The notes: generated from the sequence alone by a model not told the origin. Shown: positions 37,065-50,396, numbered from the whole stretch's first letter. The stretch: 63,625 nucleotides of DNA, filler included, from Globobulimina sp. (GCA_003354225.1; 43 parts of 43 records of this genome joined end to end with filler, not necessarily neighbours in it), one strand, 5' to 3'. Translations and numbers: made by a program.

Positions 37065-38446
37065 CACATTCACTAAAATTAGATTCGTAATTCATCGTAA
37101 AACTGGACAAAAAGCTGCATTGAAAATACTGTTTGGTAGAAATGATAACATATCAGATTCGAAGACAAAACAGTTAACCGATGAGTTGAATATTTTGAAA
37201 AAATTAAAACACCAAAATATTATACAATTAATTGAATTTGATGAAAATGCAGAATATCCACAATCAAATGGTGGAAAAACAAAATGTATTGTTGCTGTAC
37301 TAGAATATGCAAAAGGAGGCTCATTATTTGATTTCATTCTGTTCACTGCCTGTTTGAATGAGACTGCATCGCGTTCATATTTTCAGCAAATGATTAACGG
37401 TTTGGAGGCCATGCATAAATTAGGAATTGCTGGCCATTTAAAGCCAAAACATTTGTTATTGGATGAAAATTATGTGTTGAAAATTGCATTTTGCCCTTCA
37501 TTTACTGCACAAAAACGCGTTCGAATTCCTTTGTTATTGAACAAGCACAGTATCTCAGCCACAGTCAAGCAAAGATATGCGGTCATTGTGTATGTGTTTG
37601 ATTTTGAGAATGTAGAATCGAATGGAAGCAGGGAGTTACGATTTGATCTCACAATCGATTCTGATGCGTTTGTCTCGACATTCACTGCTAATATTGATGG
37701 CGAATTATTTTATGGTATAACAAAAGAAAAATATGAAGCAAAAGTCGAATATAATACAGCAAAATTTAAAAACGAAAATGCTATCTTAATCGTTCAGCCA
37801 TATGCAAACATACCGAATGTGTTTCAAATCCGTACAAATATTGGCTCCAAAAGTAAAGTATCATTAAGTATTACAATCGAGCAGCATTTACGCAAAAAAT
37901 TTAATTTTAATGAATTGAATATTCAAATATTAAACGACTTTAACAGATATTCAATACGAAAAATATATGACTGCATTGCATGAGAAATAGAAATTGCAGA
38001 TCGGAGCGGTGTGTATGATGTAAACATTTCAAATGATATTGTTGTAGATACTCAAATAATGGATAAATCGAATCAGAAATGTGTAATTAAGGCGAAGCTC
38101 ATGAATGATGCTGCCGCATTGAATGAATTTTCATTCAAATATAAGATAAAAGGAGAGCAGCATGATTCATTTGTGTTATATGACAATGAAAGCGGTACAT
38201 TTTGCCATTATATATCAGATATAATCACTAATGCAACGATTGCAAATCAACAGAGCGAAGATGCGGGTCAGGAAGGTCAAGATGATGATATTAAATCTAA
38301 TATATTAATTCCGCGAAGAGTGGCTTTTGTGATTGATAAATCCGGCAGTATGCGGGGGACTAAATGGAACAACACAATATCTGCAACTACCACTGCAATG
38401 CAACAACTACGCCCGACCAGTGATGAACACTGAGTCTCAATTCACC
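37065..38446 (+). pseudogene. Chimeric truncated Ser/Thr kinase + VIT + vWA (ITIH-like) frame with TGA at 37981 and 38431
   Basis: AALKIL, ELNILKKLKHQNII, LEYAKGGSLFDFI; catalytic loop degenerate, no DFG; then VIT (ISATVKQRYA, AFVSTFTANIDG, KEKYEAKVEY) and vWA (VAFVIDKSGSM). Confidence 0.75.
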
Positions 38447-38546
38447 NNNNNNNNNNNNNNNNNNNNNNNNNNNNNNNNNNNNNNNNNNNNTTAATTAATT
38501 AANNNNNNNNNNNNNNNNNNNNNNNNNNNNNNNNNNNNNNNNNNNN

Positions 38547-39020
38547 AGGGAAACAATACGGATATATAAATAATGAGAAATGGTGCCAAGATTGCATTAA
38601 TCACAGATCTCAAACAAAGGGAGATATTGTGACCAAAGCTGCACCAAAATATTCGGCAGCAAAGGCATATACTGCTACTATGACCAAATTAAAAAATCAA
38701 GATATTCAGTTACGTATTGTATTATTATGCGCAGATTCGCATGTAACTACACACAAAATAATAAAAGCAGAGGAATAAGGAATAGTACCCTGGGCAAAAA
38801 GAGACAATGCGCGCGCTGCAAGGGCAAGATAGCGGGTCCAGGTGTTACAATCGATAAAGATCATTCAAAATTGGAATATCATAATTATTGCTTATTCTGT
38901 GACGATTGCAATGCTAAGATAACAACTTTTAATTTAAAGATATATAAAGATAAGCAATTGTGTCAAAATTGTATTAAAAAGTATTTGGATTTTAGTCATG
39001 GAAAGAAATTTGCAAAATAG
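38547..39020 (+). CDS. LIM-domain protein, 3' part (spliced)
   Basis: CARC...YHNYCLFCDDC...LCQNC; end of a preceding LIM (KWCQDC) in the upstream exon. Confidence 0.8.
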
Positions 39021-39120
39021 ACTGTTTTAAATATAATTTGTGTATGCGATTGTTATAATTGATATTTGTTTTCGATGGATTTGTCATTCTTAAATGGCTT
39101 TCTTCCCATGATTTATTTCT

Positions 39121-39633
39121 TTGGTTTGTGAATGTTATTTGTACAGAATCTACGGCTTGTTTGATTATTTTGGACTATTTATTCGAATTTTGGGTCCAGT
39201 CGATTTTCTTTTTGATCCCATCCATTACAGAGCGCATTCAACCACTGGTGACACAATCACTAGTATTGAGCTAATTTTCATTGTGGTGATCGGACTTCTA
39301 CTTTTGGAGTTGATTGCTCACCACAATAACTGCAGTGTGTTGAGATAATTTATTGTGGTGATCGATCAACTCCAAAAGTTGAAATCCGATCACCACAATG
39401 AAAATTATGTCAATAGTTGGGACTGCAGTGTATTGGCCATATTTATGCAGTAGCGTTAGAAAATAAGGTATTAGAAACAATTATCGTTTATGAGCTCCCA
39501 TAATTATAGCTTGTGTTTGTTAATGTTTGTTTGCACAGAATCTATGAGTTAATTGGTTGATTATTTTGAACTATTTATTTGAATTTTGGATCGCAAACAC
39601 TTCGTATTTGACTTTTCAGATCCCATCCATTAC
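39121..39633. repeat. Diverged ~110-bp direct repeats (39121-39229 and ~39511-39633) flanking the inverted repeat
   Basis: Both contain acagaatcta...ttgattatttt..actatttatt.gaattttgg...gatcccatccattac. Confidence 0.8.
39272..39407. repeat. 58-bp inverted repeat (39272-39329 / 39350-39407), each arm itself a hairpin
   Basis: taattttcattgtggtgatcgg...caccacaataa followed by its reverse complement with a few mismatches. Confidence 0.9.
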
Positions 39634-39682
39634 TGTTTAAAGATTTATAATTTAAGCTGTTTTTAACTGATCACAAGTTATT

Positions 39683-39929
39683 ATGCAAAATACTGTATGG
39701 AAATGGAGAACTCAATATATATCCTATGATGTATTGAAACATATCATTAAGATATTATCAAACACTCGAGCTCCCTCTGCACAAACAACACAAAATGAAG
39801 ATAAATTAAATTCAAAATTCATAGCAATTATTGAAACAGTATGTGACCGTCTTTTGGTTAATGCTTTTCTGATATAAATATTAATAATCTGAAAAACCAC
39901 TGTTAACCACAGGATCTATCCAACGTTGN
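39683..39929 (+). CDS. SPX domain N-terminal fragment (intron from 39839)
   Basis: KWRTQYISYDVLKHIIK matches the SPX helix 1-2 pattern; the usual MKFGK start is not seen. Confidence 0.6.
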
Positions 39930-40029
39930 NNNNNNNNNNNNNNNNNNNNNNNNNNNNNNNNNNNNNNNNNNNTTAATTAATTAANNNNNNNNNNNNNNNN
40001 NNNNNNNNNNNNNNNNNNNNNNNNNNNNT

Positions 40030-41186
40030 GCTGATATCTTTAGATAATAAATAGTAACATAATCGCAACACCAATTTAATTTTACAAAACAAATACAGTG
40101 TATTTAGTGAATATTCCCTGATTAAATTGGCAGAATAATAAAAAATTGGTATCCCTGGTAACGTTGAACCTATATATTGTTTGTAGCCACATAGCAATTT
40201 AACAAAAACAACTCACAAACATTTACAAAGAGAACTACGTACAAAGTGTTGCAATGCCGTTCATAAATTTTGTTGCACCAAATTCTTGATCCATTTGTAT
40301 GAATAATACTCGATCAATGATAAACATTGCATTCCAATACACCAACATTATAATTAAACTAAATATAAATTGATGATCGTGTCGCACAGAGACTAACAAT
40401 GTAACTATTTGACAACAATTAAATGTTGAATTGCCTGTCTCGTTACGTAGGTTGTTGTCATTGGTATCAACCTCACCATGGCGTTCAATATCTATCTCAA
40501 TAACCGATAGAGACTCATATTTATGCTGCTCATAACTTGGAATGTGAGCAGGCATTAAAAAGTATATTAATCCAAAAGTAAGAAAGCTCCAAAAAACTCC
40601 ATATGTGAACATTGCATCCATGCCATGCATATCAATTAATTTGCCAGCAACGAGGGATGAAGCACCCCATGCTAAGGAGCCAAATAATCGATGTTTGCCA
40701 TAACTTCTTTTGTCTGCAATCAATTTCATTGTTATGGCGTCGATCAATGACCATATACAATTACAGTACGAACGCAATCCGCGGACGAATAGCAACAAAT
40801 AAAAGTTGCCGAAAATGAGTGATTTTGTGGTTGGGAAATAGAATAATAATAATATTGAATTGCTAACAATTAAACTAAGCAGTAACAATTTTTTTGAATT
40901 TCCAAACATATCCGCAATTATACCAAATCTGTGCAGATTTTTAAACCATGCAAATATGAAATAGAATAATATAAAAAACAAATACCAACGTTGGATATCC
41001 TAATAGTTTTGAGATGGATTGGATGGATGTTATTACAGCTAATTGTGATGCTGTGATTCCATTCTCTAAAAAAAACAATCCCGAGAATTTACTCCATGCG
41101 GCATTTGCCATACACGATAAAAACTGTAGACTGCTCACAAATGTTTCATTTGAGATTTTGAATCTGTCAGTTTTAGCTGTTGACAT
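40030..41186 (-). CDS. MFS transporter (MFSD6/MFS_1_like); intron 40929-40989; further intron near 40240
   Basis: GITASQLAVI, PTFGIIADMFG, LIDAITMKL...YGKHRLFGSLAWG. Confidence 0.85.
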
Positions 41187-41530
41187 GATTATATATCCGG
41201 CGCATGCATATAATATAAAAACATTGACAAAACCTACTACCTAAAACCTCAAACATGAGCAATTGTCAGCCAGTTTGTGGTCATAAACGCAAAGCACCGT
41301 TTCCATCTAATGACTCACCATCAAAAAAAGCGAAATTGGCAGAGTTTAGTTTTTTCAATATATGATATATAATCCGAGTGCAAATAAGCAAAACAAATCA
41401 ATGCGCAAAANNNNNNNNNNNNNNNNNNNNNNNNNNNNNNNNNNNNNNNNNNNNTTAATTAATTAANNNNNNNNNNNNNNNNNNNNNNNNNNNNNNNNNN
41501 NNNNNNNNNNATTGATTGATATTGGTTTTT

Positions 41531-42891
41531 CTAGATTGCAGGTAATAATCCTAATAACTCACATGCTTCTATATATGTTTCACATGATATTGTTTGACCC
41601 GAATCCAAAGTAATAGTTTTCAAATCATTCCAACTCGTTGGTCCACGAACATGTAACAGCAATAAACGTAGAAAATGTCTAACACGTTCAGTGACATTTG
41701 TTAAATGTAAACGGCCAATAGGATCTTGTTTTGAATATTTTGTGCGGCGTTTCCATTCATTTTGGGTAGTATCCCATGTATAATATTCAGGATATTCATG
41801 ATATAATAAATCATAACCATGAGGACCAACAACACCTTTAATTGTTCTCTTTTGTTTTGTTAATGATTGTAATCTTTCTACATGATTATTTCTGAAAAAT
41901 TCACTGAGTTTGTGTTTTTTACTTTTTTCAATAGCACTGTCAATCATCCAAGGTTTTGACTCATTCCAATATGCAATTTCTTGTCCATCAACAATAATCG
42001 GCAACCTCTCAACTTTTGGATAATAATCGGCAACCTCAGCTTCATATGGACAAATGTATCGACAATCTTCACGAATTCCAATTTCATCTACTGGTTCTGT
42101 GATATCTTTTAATAGCACAGATGCTCTATCAGAACCTTTATGTACGTATTTGAAAATGTATTTGACGCAATCTACATTCGCAACACTCTCAACATTTACA
42201 TGGCATCGAAGTGCCTTTAATAATCCAGGATTATATGGGACCACCCATTTGTTATCGACAATCGTATACTCAGTTTCATGTGTGAAACCACCATCCTACA
42301 TGTATGTAGTGTATGTGTATATGCAACAGATAAAACAAAAATAAAATGCATGCATACATACCTCTGGAGACAAACGCTGATGCTGAACATATCCATTTTT
42401 GCGATGCAATGTTTGTTTTGTGAAACATTTAGGAAAATTTTTGGAACATTCACCATTGGTCTTGAGACATGAACAATTTTTGAATTGCTGACAGTTATTA
42501 TGAATCATAAATGTGGTTACCAAATCATATAAATCCTTATCTTTTTCCGGATTTGGAATTTGAGCGCTAATATATTTATCATATTCTTGCACTGATTTAG
42601 GTTCTGATCGATGATTTATCGAGTATAACAATAATGTGAATATGTGGTAGCCCACGTTTCTGATATTCCACACTCCAAGTATAGCCAACAGTTTTCCCGA
42701 AAATCTCTTTGTCAAATAATAAATACAGCAAATATTTTTTTTTCATTTCAAATACTTTTCTGACAATATCTGCCCTGTTGGCACTATTACAATCACCACG
42801 ACTCAAATGTTTCACAATTTCATTTGTTTTTGGATTAATGGTCATTGTTATAAAAAAGTGCGCTTTCTTGTATTTCCTAACGATTGCTAAT
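41531..42891 (-). mobile_element. Helitron Rep (HUH) domain, decayed, with spliceosomal intron 42296-42361
   Basis: VEYQKRGLPHIH, ISAQIP, CSKNFPK, DNKWVVPYNP, HVNVE, KYIFKYVHKGSD, FLRLLLLHVRGPTSWNDLKT; frameshift near 42620; stop at 41531 before the helicase. Confidence 0.92.
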
Positions 42892-42991
42892 NNNNNNNNN
42901 NNNNNNNNNNNNNNNNNNNNNNNNNNNNNNNNNNNTTAATTAATTAANNNNNNNNNNNNNNNNNNNNNNNNNNNNNNNNNNNNNNNNNNNN

Positions 42992-43556
42992 AATATGTAC
43001 AAATTCAAAACAAAATTATTTTTATCTTAGCACTCGCAGTCGCAGAATCTTTTGCCAAGGGTTATAGGGTCTCGTACCCTCCTGGATTATAATCCTCAAT
43101 ATAGAGTATTTTGGGTATATATTTTGTATAAGTCGCAGTTAACACACAGACATATACACCAAATATGCTGTGTATACTTTAGATGTACTTATAATTTCGC
43201 ACTGTATTTGATGTCGCTTTTTGAATCAACGTGAACCGTATTTTACTGTGTTTTTTTTTAATTTTTATTAACAGTTTAGAATTTGAAAAATATCATAAAA
43301 CGTTAGAATTTGAAAATTCTCATCATAAACAGCCAGATAGTTTTGTTATTTTGCATGATATCCAACAACGAAAAATTATCGGACTTTGTGCTTGAATTAA
43401 CAAAATGTTTCATTTAAGCTGTGTTTAATCTAAGCCAAAAAAGTTTTATTGGTAAAAACAATCAGAAAAACGTAAACTATCTTTGATTTTTAATATTATG
43501 ATACTTCATATTTACACAATTCAATATGTACAAATTCAAAACAAAATTATTTTTAT
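42992..43556. repeat. Perfect 34-bp direct repeat (42992-43025, 43523-43556); second copy overlaps the kinase stop codon
   Basis: aatatgtacaaattcaaaacaaaattatttttat occurs twice. Confidence 0.9.
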
Positions 43557-44372
43557 GATTTCATTTTTTGTGCAAATCCATGAACTAAATTTTTCATTTT
43601 CGTCTTCCATTGTTTTGGTGCACTCTGTATTTTATTTGTAAGATATTGCTTTGCTCTCTCATTATCCATATCCAATTTCAACGACTCTCTCAAAAACAAT
43701 TCAATCTCATTTGCTTGATACAAAAAGGCAAAAACAACCCGTGCATAGTCAATCAACTCCGATGCATTTTGCCGCAAAATCATCCACGCGGAAACACATA
43801 ATTTCACAAAATCATCCCATCCATACTTATAAAGCGAAAATATCCTCTTCAAATCCGACGTAATCGCAAACTTGGCAGCATCCAAAGACACCTTATTATT
43901 AAAGATATATCCATAGTCAATATGGAACAAAATGCATTTCTTAATGTTAATCAATATATTATCGTCATGGCGGTCCCTTATACCACACACAAACGACGCC
44001 ACAAACGACCCCGCCGACGATACGATCAATCGATGGAACTTATTGGTTATCTTTTTATTCTCGCAACAATTTGCGGTGAACAGCGTCGATTTCAGTGTCA
44101 TTATCTTATTTAATTCGATACAATTTGCGATAATTTCAATTATCCCATAATCGATTCCAATCGGTATCACTTTATAAATCAAACACGACACAAAATGTTT
44201 CTCCTTATAACACAAATCGTTCTCTCTCCAAATACAATTCATAAACTTAAACATTTGCAGCACGCACACATCTTTACGCAAATCGTCGCCTTTTTTCAGG
44301 ATAAACGAAGATGACAACGCTTCCTTCTCTTCGTTCAAACCCGCACAATAACAGTCAATCAAATATGGTTTG
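43553..44372 (-). CDS. Phosphatidylinositol 3-/4-kinase catalytic domain, C-terminal part
   Basis: LKKGDDLRKD, GIIEII, GIRDRHDDNILI, HIDYG. Confidence 0.92.
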
Positions 44373-44472
44373 NNNNNNNNNNNNNNNNNNNNNNNNNNNN
44401 NNNNNNNNNNNNNNNNTTAATTAATTAANNNNNNNNNNNNNNNNNNNNNNNNNNNNNNNNNNNNNNNNNNNN

Positions 44473-45853
44473 ATCGAATCACGAATGCCATCATAATTAT
44501 GCCAGTTTATTGTATGAAATCGGCAAATTCAATCTCTCTCAAACACATTTCCAACAATCCCTAGCATTGAATCCCAACTCACACGAATCATACGCTGAGT
44601 ATGGCGTGTTATTAATGGATATGAAACAGTACAATTTGGCCGACAAAAACCTCAAAAAAGCCATACAATTATCATGTGACACTAGCAATGACCCTAACAA
44701 TGGCAATGCAGAGTGGCATTATAGATACGCCCAGTTATTGCACAAAATGAGGAAATATAAAGAATCGGAGATTCACCACAAAGAATCGCTATCGTTGCAG
44801 CCGCAGAATCCAAGGTTTGTTCCCTGTGTTACTCGGCTCATAATTCGCAAAATCGCATCCATAATTAAATTAATTATCCACCAAAAACTATAGATACAAC
44901 GACCAGTACGGCGCCTTTTTGATGCTATTGGGCCGTTTTGCGGAATCATCCACTTATTTTCTCAAAGCACATAAGATCGAAAGAGACAATAAAGAGTATC
45001 GCATAATGTATGAATTCGCGGAATCAATGACGAATATAAAGCGAGTGAATGATGTCGAGAAAAACTTCAAAAATCTAGAAAAAAACTTGAATGGCACACT
45101 GACCAACGATATGCTGAAAATAAAAAAAGAATTTCAAGCCAACATGGTGGCCAATACTAAGAAATACCAAACAGTGAAGAAACATTTTAAATTGAAGCAA
45201 TACGAGAAATGCAGGCCTTTGTTGTGCCAATTAATAGCCTCAAATCCGAATAATTTTGATTACCATTTTTTGAATGCCAAAGTATTTGAATCCATCAACG
45301 ATTATTCCATCAAACATGTCCGTAATATCATAAATGAATATAAATGCGCCTTATCTATAAACCAAATGCACGCCGGCTGCCACTTCAATTTTGCTAAATT
45401 ATTGGTGAAGATTAAGAAATTTAAAAAGGCCAAAATCCATTTATTAGCGGCGATTAATGCCAATCCCAACCATTGTGCCTATTCCTTGTATTATGCGGTT
45501 TTGTTAATGTATGATCCAAACGATGCCAATGACAATGTCGAGTTATTTGATAATGACAATGTCTCAGATAATGCGGAGGAGGATGAGGCTGAGAATCCCA
45601 TTTTGGACTATTCAGAGTCTGAACAATATTTTAAAAAATGCCTATCTTTGGATGCCAAAAATGCAGAATGCAATTTTAAATATGGATTGTTGTTAATTAA
45701 AATGCGAAAAAACAGCGCGGCGCTTAGTTTTATACGAAAAGCAAATAAGCTCAAAAATGAAAAAGAGAAGAAATACAAAGTAAAATATAATAAATTAAAA
45801 AACATTGTGGAACAAGAAAAGAAAGGTTTAAAATCCAATAAATCCAAAACCAG
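44473..45853 (+). CDS. TPR-repeat protein; intron 44815-44893; both ends partial
   Basis: Multiple TPRs (QQSLALNPNSHESYAEYGVLL, KKCLSLDAKNAECNFKYGLLL); 79-nt intron restores the frame. Confidence 0.88.
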
Positions 45854-45953
45854 NNNNNNNNNNNNNNNNNNNNNNNNNNNNNNNNNNNNNNNNNNNNTTA
45901 ATTAATTAANNNNNNNNNNNNNNNNNNNNNNNNNNNNNNNNNNNNNNNNNNNN

Positions 45954-46822
45954 TATAAATATCACATAACTGCAACTTCAATTTGTCTATTCATTGTCGA
46001 TAAATTCTTGATTTTCTTACTTTTTTCATTATTTTTAACTCTTAACTCATGATTTGTGCTTTTATATTGTTGATTTAATTTGGTTAAAGTCTCAATAATC
46101 TCAACATATCCTTTACATTTCGCCTGTTGCTCAAATAAATCTTTGTTGACAGCATCCAATGAACTTTGTAATGTTTGATTTAATATTTTATATTCTTTAT
46201 TGAATGATTTTAAAAGCTTGATTTGCTGCACACAATTTGCATAATTTTCATTTAACTTTGAATATCTTTGAGACAGTGTGTCTTGGTCTGTTTGTAAGTT
46301 ATATTTTTCTTCTTCAACTAATTCTAATTCCAAATTCAACCTTGTTTCCTTTTCCATTATGTCTGCTAATTTGTGAACCGACGGTAAGCCAACTTCAAGC
46401 ATCCAGTCGTGGAGCACTGATATCTGTTTTGTCTGTTCATACAGTATTTGTTGCAAGGTGTTATTCGTTGGGTTATTTATACATAAATTAGGCACAGATT
46501 TAAGCATAGATAATGCAGTCGAATTGTTTGCTAATAATTCGATCATAATGTCACTGAATGTATCTTCATTTTGAGAGAGGAATTCATTGTAATATATGGT
46601 GTCCGAATTGTTTGATAGTTTGTTGAATATCTCTGATATTTTGCTTTCTGATAACTTTGATGCTGATGAAAATATTCGATTGATAACAATAGAAAATTGT
46701 ATCATGTTCAATGATGTACTATCATTTGAAATTGAATTGAACCATATATAAAATAACCGTTTTATTCCTAATGGTGATATATTAGTTTCCACTGACGGGG
46801 GTATGCTGTTCGCTGTTGTCAT
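45954..46822 (-). CDS. Degenerate EF-hand + coiled-coil protein, 3' partial
   Basis: EIFNKLSNNSDTIYYNEF EF-hand-like segment; heptad-rich C-terminal half. Confidence 0.55.
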
Positions 46823-46941
46823 TGTTGGAAATAAAGTTTTGTACTTCTGGAAAAAAACAATCAACCACTACCTTCTCCTACTACTCCAACAATTACTTTT
46901 TGGAAAACAGCAGTTACTAATATTAATACTAACTTTGGGGA

Positions 46942-47334
46942 ATGTCTTATAATAATTATTGGAATTCTTATGATATTTGTTGGTTTTACAATCCTTATTT
47001 TAAGGATGGTTGTTCCAAAGGTAAAGGTTGCGAGTTTCTGCATTTGCATCAATCAGAATATGAGCAATTTGTGAAATCAAAAAACCAAATCAAATCAAAA
47101 TCTGCAACGTTTTATGGTTTTAAATCTGCAGTCAATAAATTCCATCAGCATCGATATTATTTGGCATCGCAGATTTTCAAATCATTACTAAAGGATAATC
47201 CTCATATTCCGCAATATAATTTGTGGTGCGCCAGAACAATGGAAAAAATGAGTCTGTTCCAATCCGCAGAGGTTTATTATCGGAAAGCCATATCAACACA
47301 ACCAAAGAATGCCACATTTCATGGTATATATATA
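46942..47334 (+). CDS. CCCH zinc finger + TPR protein, 3' partial
   Basis: ICWFYNPYFKDGCSKGKGCEFLH; AEVYYRKAISTQPKNATFH. Confidence 0.75.
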
Positions 47335-47434
47335 NNNNNNNNNNNNNNNNNNNNNNNNNNNNNNNNNNNNNNNNNNNNTTAATTAATTAANNNNNNNNNN
47401 NNNNNNNNNNNNNNNNNNNNNNNNNNNNNNNNNN

Positions 47435-48815
47435 TGTTGTACACTAACAACACAATCACGTCGCCGCTGCAATACTCGTCCCATTTGCCCACTAATTTGC
47501 CGTTCACATACTGGATGCCATCGGATCGGAACCCGTAGCATTCCCTGTCTCCAAAATGGAAACTGTCCGCAAAGTCGCGTTCGCCGTCGACGATGCCGAT
47601 GCAAATCCCGTAGCCGCTCTCGTTTTTATTCACGCAGTTGATGCGAATACAAATCCTGTTCTTATGTGCAGAGCGTATAAAAAATGAACCATAGCAACTG
47701 TTCCATTCTTCCGACCGCTCATATTTCTCATACTCTTCGTACCGCATTACTTTCCTCTTCATGCTATGCAGCATTGTATGCGGCGCATATTCCTTCACAC
47801 TGTCATTGCCGGTGTGTGTGATGACAGTTTGTGTGCCGTTTTCAGTCATTTTCAAGCGAGCGCCGCCATGGAATTTGTAGCCAGACAAATTAATCAAGAC
47901 TTCGTCAGGCGACACTTGGTAATCTGCGCACAAATTATTCACAGACACGAAGCCAAAATAAGTACTGGTCGGCGCGTCTAATAATTTATTATTGTCCTCA
48001 TTGCCGTGCACTATCACTCCGTTCTCGCGATTTATATGTGGGATATTCTGAATTTTGACGGTGTTTTGATCGGAGTCTTTGTTATATTCACCGCCTAAAA
48101 CATCATCTAAACCATCAAAGGGATCCGCATTGAAGTGATGCGACAGAGCCATTTGAGGCGTCATGCTCTGCGTTGCTGTCATCTGTTTTTTCCACCACGC
48201 TTCGTATTGGATTTTGGTCGCTTTTAGCTTCTCCAATTGAGCTTTATATCGCTGCAATGTATCGGAGGGCAATGCCACCGACTCGATATACTTTGATATT
48301 TTATCCATATCCTCGTCGATTAATTGGGTAAAATTTAATGGTGCGGCTGCGGCGAGGGGAGGCTGTACATGGATCGGTGGCGGGGTCTGTGGTATTTGAA
48401 TGGGAGGAGTCTGGTCGCGGAGATCAGGTAATTTTATCACATCCTCTTCGTGCGTAATCTCCACAATATCGTCCAACGTCCATTTGTCTGCCAGTGTGGC
48501 GTCGAGATCGTGCAACGCGTCAATGTCGTCATAGTCGTCTAAGTCATCGAATTCTCGGTCTTCGAGTTCGGTTAAATCGACAGTGGAGGTACTGAAGGTA
48601 ATGATGTCTTGGACATGTTGCTCGTTTAGATGTGGCAAGGGGTTCAAGCTCAGTATGTGTAATGGATCAGGTAATGCGGCGTCTGGTGGTTGTTGCAGTG
48701 AGGGCACAGCGGGTGGTTTGTGTGTGGATGGCGGGAAATTAGTAGTATTAAATGGGGATATGGCGGGAGTTTTATTCTTCTAAAAGTCTCTTTTTGAAGA
48801 CGAGGTTCCTCTGGG
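47435..48815 (-). CDS. Pro/acidic-rich protein with C-terminal SPRY/B30.2-like domain, partial
   Basis: ICIGIV...CYGFRSDG...EYCSGDVIVLLVY. Confidence 0.65.
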
Positions 48816-49004
48816 NNNNNNNNNNNNNNNNNNNNNNNNNNNNNNNNNNNNNNNNNNNNTTAATTAATTAANNNNNNNNNNNNNNNNNNNNNNNNNNNNN
48901 NNNNNNNNNNNNNNNAATAGTTTGTGACTGGAGTGCACCAAGTCACCAACGTATTGTGGGCAATATGCATTAAAAACTTTTGCATCCTAAGTGCAAGCTT
49001 GACC

Positions 49005-50296
49005 ATGTCTCATTCTACATTGCCCTCACTGTTTTTTATAGCATTATGTATCCAATTACAAGCATTATCACCCAAATATCAACTTTTAACACCAGGAAAT
49101 CACAACATCAACGGTGCAAATATCACAACAACAGAAGTAACCAGCAACAGGAATAATGAATGGGATGTAATCATAAATTCACAAACTGCATATCAGTTTA
49201 TCCTCTCATTAGATAAATCATGGGGCTTTCATCCATATATAAAATCGTCCATTGTGTTGACAATAAACTCGCCAACAATCGCACAAGGACCAGATGAAAA
49301 TTTTGATGATATTGTATTTGGATTCACCACAAACAACGAGCAATATTTATCTATATGGATCCCAATGGATAATAATGGTCAAAAAAATAGAATCTACCCA
49401 ACGTGTGATACGTCCGTAAATCCAACACAAACCTATGCCATTGGTGATATTTCAACATTGCCAAACACAGATCGTAATTGTGATGTAGCAGGCGGTTCCT
49501 GTTCAAATTGGAACACAATGTATCCAAAGAATGCGCAATATCCCACTGTCTATGAATATAATGGATTCCCTATCACATTCACATTGGAAAATGATCCGAT
49601 TTCACAAACATTACTTCTTTATTTTAATACTGCGACATTCAGCACCTCTTTTGTGCAAAAATGTGGCTTTATTGCTCTGCCAACGCATCAAGGTTTACAG
49701 ATATATATTGGTGGACACGATATTGGACAAATGTTTACAATCTCTTCATTCCACATTGAATCTCTGTTTAATACATCTGATCCTCGTTCAGTAATAAATG
49801 AAGCAACTGTACCATCTATGGATCATACGGCTGATATGGATGATAATGTCACTGTTTATATTAACAATGATGATGATAAAATTGATAGTAAAATGAATGC
49901 AAAGAATGGAGGAAACAATGTTGTAGCTATTGTAGGTGTTATTGTTGCGGTTTTACTTTTTATTGGTTATTGTGTATATAAGACAGCAAATGATGATAAG
50001 AATGGAATTGAAGTGGGCGTGGACGTGGAGGATAATGCGGCCGCTGCACCATCAACACCAGCAACATTAGATGCATATGGGAGAAAGTATAGTTGCGAAG
50101 AGGGATTGAATGAAGGTGAGATGACAGGAAATAATGTAAGATGGCATAATCTTAATCTTTTATTGCAGCAACAAAATGAAGATGGAAGTGATGGAGAAGT
50201 GTATGAAACAATTGAGATTGATGAAGTTGTTGCTCTTTTAAGTACTATTCCTGAGATGGGTCAAGGGAAAGAAAAAGAACCCAATGATTTGTTTAA
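49005..50296 (+). CDS. Type I membrane/cell-surface protein
   Basis: Signal peptide MSHSTLPSLFFIALCIQLQA; beta-rich ectodomain; TM VVAIVGVIVAVLLFIGYCVY. Confidence 0.7.
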
Positions 50297-50396
50297 NNNN
50301 NNNNNNNNNNNNNNNNNNNNNNNNNNNNNNNNNNNNNNNNTTAATTAATTAANNNNNNNNNNNNNNNNNNNNNNNNNNNNNNNNNNNNNNNNNNNN

